64,000 bases of DNA. It comes from an uncultured Candidatus Saccharibacteria bacterium (GTDB lineage: Bacteria; Patescibacteriota; Minisyncoccia; Phycocordibacterales; DAORIS01). Location: positions 104,881 to 168,880 of the forward strand of contig CAZXUH010000002.1 of assembly GCA_964644035.1 (NCBI GenBank). Reading direction: 5' to 3'. Shown piece by piece: positions 28,003 through 38,605 of the stretch. Numbering within the stretch: position 1 is the first letter of the stretch; each line of letters starts with the position of its first letter. A program made the position numbers and the translations under genes. The notes beneath the pieces were generated by a model that was given only the letters and a program-made list of their open reading frames with translations, had not been told where the DNA came from and searched no databases.

Positions 28003-28182
28003 TTATTCACGTCGGGGTATCGGTTGTCTCATGTGTGGAATCCACAATTCATTCTCTTTGCCCACATTTCTTTTCTCACGAAGGACTCTTTCTGTACCTT
28101 CGCCGATTTTTATCGACGTGCGATAAAGCTTTTTGGTCAGCTTTCGCAATTGATTCAACTGACCCTTACTTGGTTTGGACAT
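28003..28182 (-). CDS. small basic hypothetical protein (59 aa, below the ORF-track cutoff)
   Basis: My manual translation: MSKPSKGQLNQLRKLTKKLYRTSIKIGEGTERVLREKRNVGKENELWIPHMRQPIPRRE. Lys/Arg-rich, with its own downstream terminator. I do not recognise a family. Confidence 0.35.
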   Translation of the reverse strand: MSKPSKGQLNQLRKLTKKLYRTSIKIGEGTERVLREKRNVGKENELWIPHMRQPIPRRE

Positions 28183-28263
28183 ACTGCTCCTTGTTTGCGT
28201 CTACTCGTATCCTAGACGCTTAGTATATAGCTGTCAATTTATCAAATATGCTACACTCAGCTC

Positions 28264-29535
28264 ATGAAATTCTTCAAGGATGTATTGCCCAACGGAGCTA
28301 GAGTGGTGACGGTACCAATGCAAGATACATCTACAGTCACTGTCTTTGTGCTTGTCGAAACTGGTTCAAAATATGAAACCAAAGATGTCTCTGGTATTTC
28401 GCATTTCCTTGAGCATATGTGTTTCAAGGGTACGAAGAAGCGACCAAGTGCGCATATCATAAGCACAGAGCTCGATTCTATTGGTGCTGATTACAATGCA
28501 TTTACCAGTCAGGAATACACTGGCTATTATGCCAAAGCTCATAAAAAACATTTCAATCAAATACTCGATGTAATCGCAGATATCTATCAAGATCAGCGTT
28601 TTGACGAAGCTGAAATTGAGCGAGAAAAAGGTGTGATTATTGAAGAGATCAATATGTATGAAGACATTCCTCAGAAAAATGTTCAAGATCTTATTATGGA
28701 AGCACTCTATGGCGATCAACCAGCAGGATGGAATATTGCCGGCACAAAAGAGACCGTGCTCTCAATCGGTAAAAAAGAATTTGAAAAATATGTCACTGAA
28801 CATTATGTGGCCGAATCTACAGTGATCGCTGTAGCCGGAGCAGTAGAACATGAAGATGTCTTGAAAAAAGCACAGCAGGTTTTCAAAGACTTACGCCAAG
28901 CGCCAAAGAAAGAAAAATTGTCAGTAAAAGAACAACAAAAAGAAACGGTTGTTTTGGCAAAAAAGAAAAATTCCGATCAAACGCATATGGTATTGGCATT
29001 TCGTTCATACGATCTCTATGACGAGCGCAATTATGCTTTTAGTGTTCTTGGTGGAGTATTGGGCAAGGGAATGAGCTCGAGACTCTTTCAGCTCCTCAGA
29101 GAAAAAATGGGAGTGTGTTATTACGTCAGTGCCGGCAATGATACCTATACCGATCATGGTGCATTTGAAATCTCATCGGGTATTGATACTAAACGTGTGC
29201 CCGAGGTTATGAGCGCTATTGTCAATGAACTCAAGCGTTTGAAGACAGAATTGGTATCTGCAGAGGAAATAAATAAAGTAAAAGAATATTTGATAGGAAA
29301 AATGTATCTCGCTCTTGAGTCATCGGACAGTTTTGCCGATCATGTTGCTGGTCAGGAAATATTTAAACGCCCTATAAGAACACCAGAAGAAATAGCTCAA
29401 AAAATTCAGGCAGTGACGGCAGAAGATATACAGAAAATTGCCATAGAAGTATTTACTCCGCACAATGCCACAGTAGCCATGGTCAGTCCTTTTACTGATA
29501 CTGACGCTCTCAAGGAGATATTGAAGGGTCTTTAG
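28264..29535 (+). CDS. M16 family zinc metallopeptidase (pitrilysin/insulinase-like)
   Basis: Inverted zinc motif HFLEHMCFKGT (HxxEH) and M16 N- and C-domain architecture. Confidence 0.85.
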   Translation: MKFFKDVLPNGARVVTVPMQDTSTVTVFVLVETGSKYETKDVSGISHFLEHMCFKGTKKRPSAHIISTELDSIGADYNAFTSQEYTGYYAKAHKKHFNQILDVIADIYQDQRFDEAEIEREKGVIIEEINMYEDIPQKNVQDLIMEALYGDQPAGWNIAGTKETVLSIGKKEFEKYVTEHYVAESTVIAVAGAVEHEDVLKKAQQVFKDLRQAPKKEKLSVKEQQKETVVLAKKKNSDQTHMVLAFRSYDLYDERNYAFSVLGGVLGKGMSSRLFQLLREKMGVCYYVSAGNDTYTDHGAFEISSGIDTKRVPEVMSAIVNELKRLKTELVSAEEINKVKEYLIGKMYLALESSDSFADHVAGQEIFKRPIRTPEEIAQKIQAVTAEDIQKIAIEVFTPHNATVAMVSPFTDTDALKEILKGL

Positions 29536-29571
29536 GTTTATTGATGCAATATTCAATGATACTATGTAGGC

Positions 29572-30624
29572 ATGCAGGAATCTCAGAAAATGCGTGTTTC
29601 TATAACGACAGGCTCGATTGTACGAGTAGTTGCCGTCGTTGCTCTGGCACTCGGCGTATTTTTGCTCAAAGACATTCTTTTGGCAGTATTGGCATCGATT
29701 GTTATTGCTTCGGCTATAGAACCAGCAGTGAGATTGCTCACTAGATTTAGAATTCCTCGAGTTGCTGCGGTGGTTTTGATATATGGAGTACTGGTAGCGT
29801 GTGCTGCAATCTTCTTTTACTTCATTATGCCGGTCTTGATTCAGGAAATACTATCTCTGACAAAAACTCTACCGGAATTTATCGGTTCGCTTGATATAAA
29901 AAATACTGATATTACTTCTTTAGAAAATATTCTCAGAAGCCTTTCTTTGAGCGATACATTTGGTGAATACTTTACTGGTATTACGAGTGCATTGGCAGTA
30001 TTTGGCAGCAGTCCAATACAAGTTGCGACATATCTCTTTGGTGGCATGACAGCCCTAGCCCTTATTGTGGTACTCTCTTTCTATCTCAGTGCCCAAAAAG
30101 ATGGAGTGGGGGATTTTCTACGCACAGTTACTCCTATTAAATATGAACCATACGTAATCGGCCTTTGGAGACGCTCACAGCGCAATATCGGTCGTTGGAT
30201 GCAAGGACAACTCATGCTCGGAGTACTTGTTGGAGTGTTTGTGTTTATCGGTCTACATATGCTTGGTATCAGACATGCGCTCTTGCTTGCTATCATCTCT
30301 GCAATTTTCGAAATCATACCAGTCTTTGGTCCGATCCTCGGTGCATTGCCAGCTATTGCTGTAGCATTTGTCGATGGTGGTGTCAGCTTGTCTCTCTTGG
30401 TGTCGGGTCTCTATGTCGTCGTGCAGCAGCTTGAAAGCAATGTCATTTATCCGCTTGTAGTGAAAAAGGTCATAGGCGTGCCGCCGATCATTGTTATTAT
30501 TGCTCTCGTTGCTGGACTTAGTTTGGCTGGATTTATTGGTGTGATAGTATCGGTACCACTAGCAACCGTGCTTATGGAATATCTCAATGATCGAGAACGT
30601 TCCCGACGCATTGCTTCAGAATAA
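29572..30624 (+). CDS. AI-2E family transporter (PerM/UPF0118)
   Basis: Eight-TM pattern and the conserved signatures of the family (VPLATVLMEYLN at the C-terminus). Confidence 0.75.
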   Translation: MQESQKMRVSITTGSIVRVVAVVALALGVFLLKDILLAVLASIVIASAIEPAVRLLTRFRIPRVAAVVLIYGVLVACAAIFFYFIMPVLIQEILSLTKTLPEFIGSLDIKNTDITSLENILRSLSLSDTFGEYFTGITSALAVFGSSPIQVATYLFGGMTALALIVVLSFYLSAQKDGVGDFLRTVTPIKYEPYVIGLWRRSQRNIGRWMQGQLMLGVLVGVFVFIGLHMLGIRHALLLAIISAIFEIIPVFGPILGALPAIAVAFVDGGVSLSLLVSGLYVVVQQLESNVIYPLVVKKVIGVPPIIVIIALVAGLSLAGFIGVIVSVPLATVLMEYLNDRERSRRIASE

Positions 30625-30625
30625 T

Positions 30626-32080
30626 ATGTCCTCGAAAAACCATTTCTACCTGACAACCACTCTGCCTTATGTAAATGCCGAACCGCATATTGGTTTCGCC
30701 ATGGAAATCATACGTGCCGATTGCGTGGCCCGCTACAAGCTTCTTACGGGTCATGAAGTATTTTTCAATACTGGCACTGACGAGCATGGTACAAAAGTCT
30801 ATCGAAAAGCACAGGAGCAGGGTATTGATACTCAGGCCTATGTCGACACACTCGCAGAGCGATTCAAGAGTCTCAAGGAAACACTTGGTCTATGGGAAGG
30901 ACTCAATTTTATTCGTACTACTGATCCAGCTCACAAGGCTGCAACACAAGAGTTTTGGAAAAAGTGCAAAGAAGCAGGAGATATTTATAAAAAGACCTAT
31001 CAAGTAAAATATTGCGTGGGTTGCGAGCTCGAAAAAACAGAATCGGAGCTTGTAGAAGGTAAGTGTGCACTCCATCCAAATTTGGAAATAGAACTCATTG
31101 ATGAAGAAAATTATTTCTTCAGATTTTCAAAATATCAACAGCCACTTCTCGATCTCTACGCCAAGAATCCTGATTTTGTTCTTCCTTCTTTTAGATTCAA
31201 TGAAATAAAAGCATTTGTCGAAAGGGGACTTGAAGATTTTAGTATTTCAAGATTGGCTTCGAAAATGCCGTGGGGTGTCGCTGTGCCCGACGATGCTGAG
31301 CATGTCATGTATGTATGGTTTGATGCTCTAGTCAATTATATTTCTGCTATCGGCTGGCCGACAGATATGAAAAGTTTTGAAGCGTGGTGGCCAGTTACCC
31401 AATACGCCGGCAAAGACAATCTTCGCCAGCAGTCGGCAATGTGGCAAGCTATGCTCATGTCAGCTGGCATCGAACCGTCAAAACAAATTGCTATCAATGG
31501 CTTCGTAACTGGAGCTGGTGGAGTAAAAATGAGCAAATCACTTGGCAATACAGTCAGTCCATTTGATCTTGTTGCAGAATATGGCAAAGATGCACTTCGA
31601 TATTTTGTCGTTAGAGAACTATTGCCGTTTGAAGATTCACCATTTACCCCAGAGATTTTTAAGGACAGATACAATACCGGTTTGGCCAATGGATATGGCA
31701 ATCTTTCTTCAAGAATCCTTAAAATGGCTACAAATAACAATATTTCAGCAACTGCTGAAGTCAGTCTTTCACCTAAAAAAGAAGTTTTTGAAATAGAAGA
31801 ATATACCCAGGCATTCAAATCTTTTGAACTCAATAAAGCAGCGGATTATGTCTGGAATAAAATCACAGCCGCAGACAAATTTATCGGTGATCAAGAACCC
31901 TTTAAAAAAATAAAAACAGACAAAGCAGCTGGAGAAAAAGATATCAGATACCTGCTCGATGAATTGGTACATATTTCATATTTGCTTCTCCCGTTTATTC
32001 CAGAGAGTGCAGAAAAAGTACTGATGGCTATTAAAGAAAATAGATTGCTCGACAAACCACTCTTTGCGCGCAAAGACTAA
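30626..32080 (+). CDS. metG: methionine--tRNA ligase (short form lacking the C-terminal EMAP domain)
   Basis: PYVNAEPHIGF (HIGH variant), a Cys-rich knuckle (CVGCE...C) and KMSKS. Confidence 0.9.
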   Translation: MSSKNHFYLTTTLPYVNAEPHIGFAMEIIRADCVARYKLLTGHEVFFNTGTDEHGTKVYRKAQEQGIDTQAYVDTLAERFKSLKETLGLWEGLNFIRTTDPAHKAATQEFWKKCKEAGDIYKKTYQVKYCVGCELEKTESELVEGKCALHPNLEIELIDEENYFFRFSKYQQPLLDLYAKNPDFVLPSFRFNEIKAFVERGLEDFSISRLASKMPWGVAVPDDAEHVMYVWFDALVNYISAIGWPTDMKSFEAWWPVTQYAGKDNLRQQSAMWQAMLMSAGIEPSKQIAINGFVTGAGGVKMSKSLGNTVSPFDLVAEYGKDALRYFVVRELLPFEDSPFTPEIFKDRYNTGLANGYGNLSSRILKMATNNNISATAEVSLSPKKEVFEIEEYTQAFKSFELNKAADYVWNKITAADKFIGDQEPFKKIKTDKAAGEKDIRYLLDELVHISYLLLPFIPESAEKVLMAIKENRLLDKPLFARKD

Positions 32081-32095
32081 TACAAGAGGATTAAT

Positions 32096-32863
32096 ATGGA
32101 TTTTGAATACATAGATATACATTCTCACCTCAACTTTCCTCAATACGATATAGATAGGGAAGAAGTGATTGCAAATCTCAAAGCAAAAAACATAGCTACT
32201 ATTACAGTGGGTACAGATTTACAGAAATCTAAACAGGCTGTAGAGCTCGCAGACAAATATGAACACCTTTTTGCAACAATCGGTGTCCATCCAGATGATG
32301 ATGCGAAATCAGGTTTTGATGAAAATGAATTTAAAGCACTCGTCGCTCATCCAAAGGTAGTAGCAATAGGTGAATGTGGTCTCGATTATGCGCGTGAGCA
32401 CGATAAAGTCTTTCAGAAAAATCTTTTTGAAAAACAAATTGATTTTGCAGTCGCGCACAACAAACCTCTCATGATTCATTGTCGAGAAGCATATCCAGAC
32501 ACACTCGATATTCTTTCTTCAAAGAAAAAATACTATGGCGACAAACTCAAGGCTAATTTTCATTTCTTTACCGAGCCGATAGAGACTGCTCGAAAAATAC
32601 TTGATCTAGGTTTCACTGTTTCATTTACTGGTGTTATTACCTTCGTTAAACAGTACGCCGATATCGTTTCATACGTTCCCCTCGAAAGTATGATGTCTGA
32701 AACCGATGCTCCCTATGTCTCACCAGCGCCAGAGCGTGGCAAGCGCAATGAACCGGCATATGTGGTACATATTGTCGAAAAGATCGCCAATATCAAGAAA
32801 ATACCCTTAGAAACGGTCAAAAAACAGCTCAAGGATAACGCAAAAGCTGTTTTTGGGGTCTAA
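32096..32863 (+). CDS. tatD: TatD family metal-dependent hydrolase/DNase
   Basis: IDIHSHL at the N-terminus, GECGLDY, and a C-terminal ETDAPY. Confidence 0.85.
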   Translation: MDFEYIDIHSHLNFPQYDIDREEVIANLKAKNIATITVGTDLQKSKQAVELADKYEHLFATIGVHPDDDAKSGFDENEFKALVAHPKVVAIGECGLDYAREHDKVFQKNLFEKQIDFAVAHNKPLMIHCREAYPDTLDILSSKKKYYGDKLKANFHFFTEPIETARKILDLGFTVSFTGVITFVKQYADIVSYVPLESMMSETDAPYVSPAPERGKRNEPAYVVHIVEKIANIKKIPLETVKKQLKDNAKAVFGV

Positions 32864-32900
32864 GTTGCGAAAAGGCCTCTCGCGTGGTATTCTTTGCCGC

Positions 32901-33374
32901 ATGACAAAACATAACGATAAGCATCAGGACGAACGAGTCCAGCTCTATGAAATAGGCTATCTCGTCGTTCCTACAGTTGCTGAAGAGCAACTTCCTGGTG
33001 TCGTAGAGGGCATTCATAAAATCCTCAAAGATAACCAGGCTGAAGTCACGTTTGAAGGAGCGCCAGTTCTTAGACAGCTTGCATACGAAATTGCAAAGGT
33101 TTCAGTAGGTAAGCGTCACAAGTTCGACACAGCATATTTTGGATTCGTTGTTTTCAAAACAACTCCGGATATGGCTCCAGCGATCAACAAAGCCTTGGAA
33201 AATATTGAAAAAATTCTCCGCTTTATCCTCATCAAGACCGATGAAGAGACAGCAATGGCTCCAAAGATCGTACCGGAAGCGCTCGAAGAGAAATCAGACG
33301 AGACGCCAGCAACTGAAGCAAAGATTTCCGAGGAAGACCTGGACAAGAAGATTGACACACTTGTTACTAGTTAA
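32901..33374 (+). CDS. rpsF: 30S ribosomal protein S6 (with short N- and acidic C-terminal extensions)
   Basis: YEIGYLVVP...LAYEI pattern. Lies in the canonical position before ssb and rpsR. Confidence 0.8.
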   Translation: MTKHNDKHQDERVQLYEIGYLVVPTVAEEQLPGVVEGIHKILKDNQAEVTFEGAPVLRQLAYEIAKVSVGKRHKFDTAYFGFVVFKTTPDMAPAINKALENIEKILRFILIKTDEETAMAPKIVPEALEEKSDETPATEAKISEEDLDKKIDTLVTS

Positions 33375-33385
33375 AAAATAAACAA

Positions 33386-33829
33386 ATGTACCTTAACAAA
33401 GCGTTTCTTATCGGAAACCTTACCCGCGACCCGGAGCTCAAATCGCTGCCGTCGGGAATAAAAGTCGCTTCTCTCTCACTTGCAACCAATCGTGTCTGGA
33501 AAGACAAGAACGGTGCCAAGCAGGAATCAAGTGATTTTCACAACGTCGTCGTTTTCGGTGCCCAGGCCGAGACTGTGTCGCAATATCTCAAGAAGGGCAG
33601 TTCTCTTCTTGTAGAAGGAAGGATTCAGACACGCAGTTGGGATGCACAGGACGGTACCAAGAAGTATCGCACCGAAATCGTCGCAGACCGCATTCAGTTT
33701 GGTCCTCGCCGAGAAGGTGGATCAGCAGGCAGCTCTGCTCCTTCGGAAAAAGGCGGCGCACCTAAAAAGGAACTTGATACAATCGAGTATCCATCGGAAG
33801 AAATTAACCCAGAAGATATACCATTTTAA
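33386..33829 (+). CDS. ssb: single-stranded DNA-binding protein
   Basis: OB-fold ([16 protein letters not shown]...) and an acidic C-terminal tail ending DIPF. Confidence 0.92.
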   Translation: MYLNKAFLIGNLTRDPELKSLPSGIKVASLSLATNRVWKDKNGAKQESSDFHNVVVFGAQAETVSQYLKKGSSLLVEGRIQTRSWDAQDGTKKYRTEIVADRIQFGPRREGGSAGSSAPSEKGGAPKKELDTIEYPSEEINPEDIPF

Positions 33830-33834
33830 ATTTT

Positions 33835-34059
33835 ATGTTAAAAACAAATACACCAGCAGCAAAGAAGACTTCGCATTCACAGCTTCAGGCTCATCTCATC
33901 GACTACAAGAACGTCGATCTTTTGAAGAAATTCCTGAATCCTCATGCGCGAATCGTCAGCAAGAAGCGCACAGGAGTAAGTGCCAAGCACCAGCGCTTGA
34001 TTGCCAATGCCATCAAGAGAGCTCGTTTCCTCGGCCTTCTCCCTTACGTCTCAAGATAA
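33835..34059 (+). CDS. rpsR: 30S ribosomal protein S18
   Basis: [12 protein letters not shown]....GKI...R.TG and [21 protein letters not shown]. Confidence 0.93.
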   Translation: MLKTNTPAAKKTSHSQLQAHLIDYKNVDLLKKFLNPHARIVSKKRTGVSAKHQRLIANAIKRARFLGLLPYVSR

Positions 34060-34065
34060 ATCATC

Positions 34066-34098
34066 AAAAAACTCCCCACATGTGTGGGGAGTTTTTGT
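34066..34098. terminator. bidirectional intrinsic terminator shared by rpsR (+) and efp (-)
   Basis: CTCCCCACA-TG-TGTGGGGAG hairpin flanked by an A-run and a T-run. Confidence 0.7.
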
Positions 34099-34127
34099 TT
34101 GCCAGAGAAGTAACAGAGAAATAGAAT

Positions 34128-34709
34128 TTAGAATTTCTTTTCACCAACTCTTTCGACGTATTCGCCAGTTTCAGTATTGATTCTGATGATCTCTCCTTCG
34201 TCGATAAAGAGTGGTCCATTGATCACCGCACCCGTCTCGAGCGTAATCTGTTTGCTGCCGCCGCTGACCGTATTGCCTTTGACTGCTGGTGGAGCGTCAG
34301 TGACCTTGAGGTCAACCTTGATCGGTAGTTTGATGCCGATCATCTTGTCTTCAAAGGTCATAACATCGATAAGAGAATTTCCTTTCATAAACTTGGCTGC
34401 ATTGCCGAGTATCGCTTCTTCGATCTTAAATCGCTTTGAAGGATCGTTTTCTTCACTAAACCAGAACTCACCTCTGTTGGCGTACAGAAACTTCACTTTT
34501 CTTGTGGTGATTTCAGCTTCTTCTACCTTTTCAGATACATGGAAAGAGATTTCCTTGATGTTTCCACTAATGAGATTCTTTAGTTTTGTAGCATTGACCG
34601 GCTTTCGCTGTTGTTTGCGGAAGACATGTGAGTCGAGGACTTCGTAAGGCTGACCTTCGTAGATAATGATCTTGCGAAGGGTGATTTCATTGTATTCGAG
34701 CATTGCCAT
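34128..34709 (-). CDS. efp: elongation factor P
   Basis: 193 aa with the EF-P three-domain pattern (GQPYEV...; KVKFLYANRGEFWFSE). Confidence 0.9.
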   Translation of the reverse strand: MAMLEYNEITLRKIIIYEGQPYEVLDSHVFRKQQRKPVNATKLKNLISGNIKEISFHVSEKVEEAEITTRKVKFLYANRGEFWFSEENDPSKRFKIEEAILGNAAKFMKGNSLIDVMTFEDKMIGIKLPIKVDLKVTDAPPAVKGNTVSGGSKQITLETGAVINGPLFIDEGEIIRINTETGEYVERVGEKKF

Positions 34710-34784
34710 GTCTATATTTCCGTTTATTTAATAGTCTCTGGATTTTAGACGACAGGCGCTAAATAGGCAAGTAGTACAGGCTTT

Positions 34785-35834
34785 TTATTCTCCGCCGCTT
34801 TGAGTAATATTTTCTCCCGAAGCTAGATGTTCGCGGATTTCTTTGAGTATTTTGTTTTTAATAACCGGTGTAGCACGCAAGAACTGGCGAGTAGCATCAT
34901 AGCCTCGGCCGAGTTTTTCTTCCCCATAACTATAGCTTGTACCTGATTTCTGAATGATACCCATCTTTTCTCCTAGAGCAATCATTTCTCCTTCCTGAGA
35001 AATACCTTCATTGTAGATAAGGTCAAATTCTGACTGTCTGAAAGGTGCTGCAACTTTGTTCTTGACCACCTTGACCCTGACGCGGCCTCCTACAACCTCT
35101 TCACCCTTTTTGATCTGAGCGATTCTTCGTATATCGATACGTACTGATGTATAAAACTTAAGTGCCTTGCCTCCAGGAGTGGTTTCAGGATTGCCAAACA
35201 TAACACCAATCTGCATTCGGATTTGGTTGATAAAGATAACGATCGTCTTTGAGCGTGCTACTATGCTCGTGAGTTTTCGTAGAGCCTGTGACATGAGACG
35301 AGCTTGCTTACCCACATGGTGTGCTCCCATTTCTCCTTCGATCTCATCTTTTGGAGTCAGAGCTGCAACCGAGTCGATTACCACGACGTCGAGTTTACCG
35401 CTGCGTACCAAGCTTTCGCAAATTTCGAGCGCCTGTTCGCCAGTGTCTGGCTGTGAGATAAGCAATTCTTCTATTTTTACACCAAGCTTTTTTGCGTACT
35501 CAGGATCCATGGCATGTTCAGCATCGATAAATGCGCAGATACCGTTTTTCTTCTGAGCCTCAGCTACTACATGCAGTGCAAGTGTTGTCTTACCTGAAGA
35601 TTCTGGACCAAATATTTCTATAATTCTTCCGCGGGGTAGGCCTCCGACACCGAGTGCGGCATCGAGACCAATCGAACCAGTTGAGACGGTATCGATATCT
35701 ACCTTGGGCTTATCGCCAAGCATCATGATTGCCTCGTCGCCAAATTTTGATTTGATTTCTCTGATTGTGTCCTGAACACGGTTTGTACCCGCTTCTTTGA
35801 CTGGAACTTTTACTTCTTTTTCTTTTTTTGCCAT
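34785..35834 (-). CDS. recA: recombinase RecA
   Basis: Walker [11 protein letters not shown], and the L1/L2 loops. Confidence 0.95.
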   Translation of the reverse strand: MAKKEKEVKVPVKEAGTNRVQDTIREIKSKFGDEAIMMLGDKPKVDIDTVSTGSIGLDAALGVGGLPRGRIIEIFGPESSGKTTLALHVVAEAQKKNGICAFIDAEHAMDPEYAKKLGVKIEELLISQPDTGEQALEICESLVRSGKLDVVVIDSVAALTPKDEIEGEMGAHHVGKQARLMSQALRKLTSIVARSKTIVIFINQIRMQIGVMFGNPETTPGGKALKFYTSVRIDIRRIAQIKKGEEVVGGRVRVKVVKNKVAAPFRQSEFDLIYNEGISQEGEMIALGEKMGIIQKSGTSYSYGEEKLGRGYDATRQFLRATPVIKNKILKEIREHLASGENITQSGGE

Positions 35835-35889
35835 ATATTTTGTGTAGGTATTATATCTCTTTGCTAATAAAATATATCTTCAGAAAAGA

Positions 35890-36234
35890 TCATTTATTTC
35901 TAAATACAGTAACTCGACGGATAATTTCATTGCCGAATTTGTCGTCTGCTTTCAATTCTAACACGTTTGTACCCATAGCCACGATCGTGGTTTCTCGGAA
36001 TATTCCTTCGTCGTCGGTAAAGATCTTTTTATTGTTTAAGTACAAAAAGGCAATATTCTGAGCTTCTCCGGTAATGATTATTTCACTTTGTTCGACTATC
36101 TGACCATCAGTTGGACTTGTAATATTCACCAACGGCCCTTCTATAATCTTTCTAGCTTGAAACACTGCGTATCCAAGAATAAAGAGTGAGATGCAGCAGA
36201 AGAGGATTATTTTGGCAATTCTTCGAGCTCTCAT
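35890..36234 (-). CDS. small signal-anchored hypothetical protein
   Basis: N-terminal TM (IAKIILFCCISLFILGYAVF). ATGA start/stop overlap with ftsK. Confidence 0.4.
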   Translation of the reverse strand: MRARRIAKIILFCCISLFILGYAVFQARKIIEGPLVNITSPTDGQIVEQSEIIITGEAQNIAFLYLNNKKIFTDDEGIFRETTIVAMGTNVLELKADDKFGNEIIRRVTVFRNK

Positions 36235-38468
36235 GCCTGTGGAGGAGCTTGTTCCTGACGACTGACAAGGATTTCACGTGGCTTTGCGCCTTCTCCATGC
36301 CCAATGACTCCTTTTTCTTCGAGCATGTCGATCAGGCGAGCGGCACGAGCATATCCTATGCTCAATTTTCGTTGTAGAAGGGAAGTTGAGGCTTTACCCA
36401 TACTAATAACTGTTTCCTTGGCTTCTTCATACAATTCATCTTCTTCGCCTCCGCCATCGTCAAATGATGATGTGAAGATAGCGTTTTTGTCTTCCACTGC
36501 TTCAGGTGAGAGATTGATTTCTGAAGGAACACCATCTACCCAGTTGTCGGTAATATGCTTCACTACTCGCTTGAGCTCTTGTTCTGTTATATATGCAGAT
36601 TGAATGCGGGCTGGTTTTGACATTTCTCCCGACATAAAGAGCATGTCTCCAGCACCCAAGAGCTTCTCAGCACCAGCCATATCAAGAATAGTACGAGAAT
36701 CGATCTGAGAGGTGACCTGTAAGGCAATACGAGAAGGAACGTTGGCCTTGATGAGACCGGTGATGACATTGACCGAAGGGCGCTGTGTCGAAAGAATAAG
36801 ATGTATACCCACTGCTCGGCTCATTTGAGCCAGACGGACGATGCCCGATTCGAGCTCTCTAGGATATGCCTGCATGATATCCGCCAATTCGTCGATAATG
36901 ACTACTATATATGGCATGGTCTCTGGTGAATCTTCCTCGGGTATTTCTTCCTCACCTTTTTTCTTTGCTCGCTCGAGAGCTGGAATGACTACGTTTTTGT
37001 GATACGACTCGATATCACGAACCTTTTTCGTTTCAAGCAGGTCGTATCGTCGATCCATTTCTTTTGCTGCCCATCGCAGTGCCATAATAGCTTTCTTTGC
37101 GTCAGTAATGACCGGCGTGAGTAGGTGAGCGATGCCGTTGTACATCGTGAGCTCCACGCGCTTAGGGTCGATCATGATGAATTTGAGCTGATCAGGCGAG
37201 TTTCTATATAGTAGAGAAGTAAGTATGGCATGAATGGTAACCGATTTGCCCGATCCAGTTGCTCCGGCAATAAGGAGGTGAGGAGCTTTGGCGAGATTGG
37301 CAAAATGAGATTTGCCCGATATACCCTTGCCCAATGAAACGAGGAGAGGTTTGTCTGAATTGGCATATTCATCTTCAGAGAGGAGTGTAGCAAGACCAAC
37401 AGTGGTCTTTGTGGTGTTTGGGATCTCAATACCTACAAGTGATTTGCCTGGGATCGGTGCCTCTATACGAAGTGGATGTGCAGCAAGAGCAAGAGCCAGG
37501 TCATTTTGCAAAGTCACGATACGTGAGAGCTTCATACCTTCTGCAGGTTTAAGGGCATAGCGGGTAACCGAAGGTCCAATAGAGATCTCATCCATTTCGA
37601 CATTGATGCCGAAGTTTTGGAGTGTTCTCTTAATGATATTGGCATTGGCCTTGATATCGCCGACACCTGGCTTACCCTTGTCTCTTTCAAGAAGTGAAAG
37701 TGGTGGAGGAGTATACGTAGTAAGGGTAATCTTTCTGGACTGTGGCATGAGCGGCATGTCACTCTCTTTTTTAAATGTGCCCAACTTCTTATTTTCTTCT
37801 ACCGGTCTTTCTTCTTTTACTTCTGGTACAACGATAGGTTTCTCCTCGATCATTTCCTTGTCACCGTCTTTCACAACAACATCGGAGCCTTCCTCATCGT
37901 CTTCACCTTCCTTTTCACGTCTCCAAAATGCAAGGGTACTTGGCAGTCTCAAATGTGTATCAAAAATCACTAATACTGATACAACAACAAAAGCGAATAG
38001 AAACGCTACCGTGGCATATACATCGAAGGCTTTGATAAGAGGAACAGATACGAGCTTACCAATGAGACCGGCTGTGTCTTTAAAAAAGGTATCGATAAGA
38101 CCCAATCCTGAACACATAAAGATGATGAACCCAATAACCTGCAGTACTGAGAAACTTTGCTTGATGGATTTGAAAAAGGCGATTGAGAGCATGATGAGAG
38201 CAAGGGGGAGAAGGGCATATCCGACACCAAATAAAAAGTGAATGATTGAATACGTGTACATGCCTGCCTTACCGGCTGCATTGAAGCCGTCGCCGTTATT
38301 GAAGTAGGCAAGGGTAAAGAACAAGGCCAAGACAATACAGCCTATACCATATATAGCCATCATTGTTTCTTCCTTCAATCCCTTTTTATTCTTTCTACTT
38401 TCTTCTATCTTTTTTTTGCGAGGAGATTTTTCGTAGTCTTCGTAATCAGATTTATTTTTTCGAGCCAT
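36231..38468 (-). CDS. ftsK: DNA translocase FtsK/SpoIIIE
   Basis: N-terminal 4-TM, linker, motor domain with Walker A GATGSGKS, and a C-terminal gamma winged helix (LLQRKLSIGYARAARLID). Confidence 0.9.
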   Translation of the reverse strand: MARKNKSDYEDYEKSPRKKKIEESRKNKKGLKEETMMAIYGIGCIVLALFFTLAYFNNGDGFNAAGKAGMYTYSIIHFLFGVGYALLPLALIMLSIAFFKSIKQSFSVLQVIGFIIFMCSGLGLIDTFFKDTAGLIGKLVSVPLIKAFDVYATVAFLFAFVVVSVLVIFDTHLRLPSTLAFWRREKEGEDDEEGSDVVVKDGDKEMIEEKPIVVPEVKEERPVEENKKLGTFKKESDMPLMPQSRKITLTTYTPPPLSLLERDKGKPGVGDIKANANIIKRTLQNFGINVEMDEISIGPSVTRYALKPAEGMKLSRIVTLQNDLALALAAHPLRIEAPIPGKSLVGIEIPNTTKTTVGLATLLSEDEYANSDKPLLVSLGKGISGKSHFANLAKAPHLLIAGATGSGKSVTIHAILTSLLYRNSPDQLKFIMIDPKRVELTMYNGIAHLLTPVITDAKKAIMALRWAAKEMDRRYDLLETKKVRDIESYHKNVVIPALERAKKKGEEEIPEEDSPETMPYIVVIIDELADIMQAYPRELESGIVRLAQMSRAVGIHLILSTQRPSVNVITGLIKANVPSRIALQVTSQIDSRTILDMAGAEKLLGAGDMLFMSGEMSKPARIQSAYITEQELKRVVKHITDNWVDGVPSEINLSPEAVEDKNAIFTSSFDDGGGEEDELYEEAKETVISMGKASTSLLQRKLSIGYARAARLIDMLEEKGVIGHGEGAKPREILVSRQEQAPPQA

Positions 38469-38535
38469 AACAGAGTAATTGTATCGATTTTATCGCCAAA
38501 TACCAAGCAGGGTTTAGCACAAACAACCCAAGGCT

Positions 38536-38563
38536 TTTGACAGCGTAAAAGACAGGTATATAA
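38536..38563 (+). promoter_or_regulatory. sigma70-type promoter for the 38606 gene
   Basis: TTGACA, 16-nt spacer, TATAAT, about 40 nt upstream of the start. Confidence 0.55.
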
Positions 38564-38605
38564 TACGCTCACACGTCCTTAATAAAAAAGAAAATTTTAA
38601 AAGCC

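Noticed and set aside
27938-28223. Three overlapping plus-strand ORFs (27938-28126, 27940-28215, 27990-28223)
   Set aside because: They are mutually overlapping, span terminator hairpins, and oppose a better-supported minus-strand 59-aa ORF with its own terminator.
33642-34124. 160-aa plus-strand ORF overlapping the ssb 3' end and all of rpsR in another frame
   Set aside because: rpsR (33835-34059) and ssb are canonical and in different frames. The overlapping ORF is Arg/Lys/Gln-rich with no motif.
36304-38335. Plus-strand ORFs across ftsK (36304-36603, 37312-37560, 37603-38241) and minus-strand ORF 38006-38335
   Set aside because: They are antisense to or out of frame with the FtsK motor and gamma domains. 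Ser/Pro/Thr-rich low-complexity translations.
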